A stretch of 64,000 nt of DNA from Acidobacteriota bacterium (GTDB lineage Bacteria; Acidobacteriota; Aminicenantia; UBA2199): NCBI GenBank assembly GCA_022711715.1, contig JAKLEC010000002.1:5881-69880 (forward strand), given 5' to 3'. Shown here in pieces: positions 63,187-64,000 of this stretch. Position 1 is the first letter of the stretch; each line of letters starts with the position of its first letter. The notes under the pieces are model-generated. The model was not told the origin of the DNA and searched no databases. It saw only the letters and a program-made list of their open reading frames with translations. The translations under genes and the position numbers were made by a program.

Positions 63187-64000
63187 AACGGACGGCGGCG
63201 CTGTTTTTCGGGATCCTGCTGCTGTGGGCCTGCGGCAGCGGCGGCCGGGAGATCCGCGTCCCCGGCGTGGTGGACGGCGAGATCGCCAGCGTCAAGGCGC
63301 TGGCCGGCGGCACGCTGGAGCGGCTGCTGGTGCGGGAGGGACAGGAGCTGAAGCGGGGGGAGTTGGTGGCCGAGATGAACCGCGACAAGGTGCGCAACGG
63401 CCTGGAGGGGTTGGCCCTGGCCGAGAAGGAGATCGCCAACGGCGAGACCCGCGCCCGCGAGAAGCGCAAACTGCTGGCGGCCAACCTCGACTTCTGGCGG
63501 AAGCAGGCGCAGCGCCTCGAGCGCCTGAAAAAGAGCCAGGCGGTCTCGGGCGAGCAGGCCGAGAAGTCGCAGCTGCAGATGCAGGACGCCCGGACCGCCC
63601 TGTTCGAGCTGGACCGGTCGCTGGAGGCCCTGCAGATCCAGAGGGAGCGCTTGGCCAACCAGCGCCAGGCGCTGGAGCTGGCCGACCGCGACCTGCTCCT
63701 GGCATCGCCGGTCGGCGGCGTGGTGCTGGAAACCTTCGCCGACCCCGGGGAGAACGTTCTGCCGGGCGCGGCGCTGGCCGACATCCTCGACCTCTCGAGC
63801 CTCTTCGTCGACGTGTTCGTCGAGGAGCGCGAGATCGCCGGGCTGAAGCTGGGCCAGGCGGTCGAGGTGAGCGTGGACGGCCTGGAGGGGCGCATCTTCC
63901 GCGGCCGCATCTCCTACTTCGGCCGCAAGGCCGAGTTCTCGCCCAAGTACGTGGTGGCCGAGAGGGAGCGCCAGGCGCTGCTCTACCAGGTGAAGGTGCG
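63183..64000 (+). CDS. HlyD/RND-adaptor-family periplasmic membrane-fusion protein (3' end cut by window edge)
   Basis: Absent from the ORF track (no stop in window). My own translation: MKRTAALFFGILLLWACGSGG (lipobox). Lipoyl-like hairpin GTLERLLVREGQELKRGELVAEM, long coiled coil, ...ASPVGGVVLE..., GRISYFGRKAEFSPKYV. Confidence 0.8.
   Translation, partial: MKRTAALFFGILLLWACGSGGREIRVPGVVDGEIASVKALAGGTLERLLVREGQELKRGELVAEMNRDKVRNGLEGLALAEKEIANGETRAREKRKLLAANLDFWRKQAQRLERLKKSQAVSGEQAEKSQLQMQDARTALFELDRSLEALQIQRERLANQRQALELADRDLLLASPVGGVVLETFADPGENVLPGAALADILDLSSLFVDVFVEEREIAGLKLGQAVEVSVDGLEGRIFRGRISYFGRKAEFSPKYVVAERERQALLYQVKV

Overview
This is a high-GC chromosomal window (by eye about two-thirds to 70% G+C) from a diderm bacterium; LptD, MsbA, a GT9 heptosyltransferase and TolC-type genes are all present. 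I call about 56 protein-coding genes, mostly housekeeping. They cover envelope and LPS functions (lptD, rfbB, epimerase, GT9, msbA, pssA), two ABC-2 exporters, and a long minus-strand operon (DUF465-pssA-msbA-yicC-gmk-coaC-coaB-udg-priA). They also cover serC, a split saccharopine pathway (LKR + SDH), pdxJ, the ftsH-cdaA-cdaR-glmM c-di-AMP block, a GH38 alpha-mannosidase next to a beta-propeller sensor kinase, nagZ, acs, arsR-trx, an MrfA/YprA-type helicase and a TetR-TolC-HlyD efflux start. I saw no rRNA, tRNA or CRISPR array. Two genes run off the window edges and are missing from the ORF track: minus strand 1..2446 and plus strand 63183..64000. Many long ORFs in the track are antisense or alternate-frame shadows typical of high-GC DNA and were rejected. 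The most unusual signal is non-coding. Eight intergenic loci are built from short tandem arrays, mostly 7-nt units, often arranged as complementary arms around a unique core and combined in a modular way. Several of these arrays start in or right next to stop codons. Other points worth a second look: a PriA homologue with degenerate helicase ATPase motifs; a long divergent GlpX-like protein; an ACP gene coupled to a diverged Kbl paralogue (Spt-like candidate); a low-GC islet holding a RAYT-type Y1 transposase bracketed by 21-bp inverted repeats, next to a gene broken by an in-frame TAG; a SerA N-terminal fragment plus MeTr-like pterin-binding gene with their own promoter; and several apparently leaderless genes. 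All product calls rest on motif recognition by eye. No database search or folding program was run.
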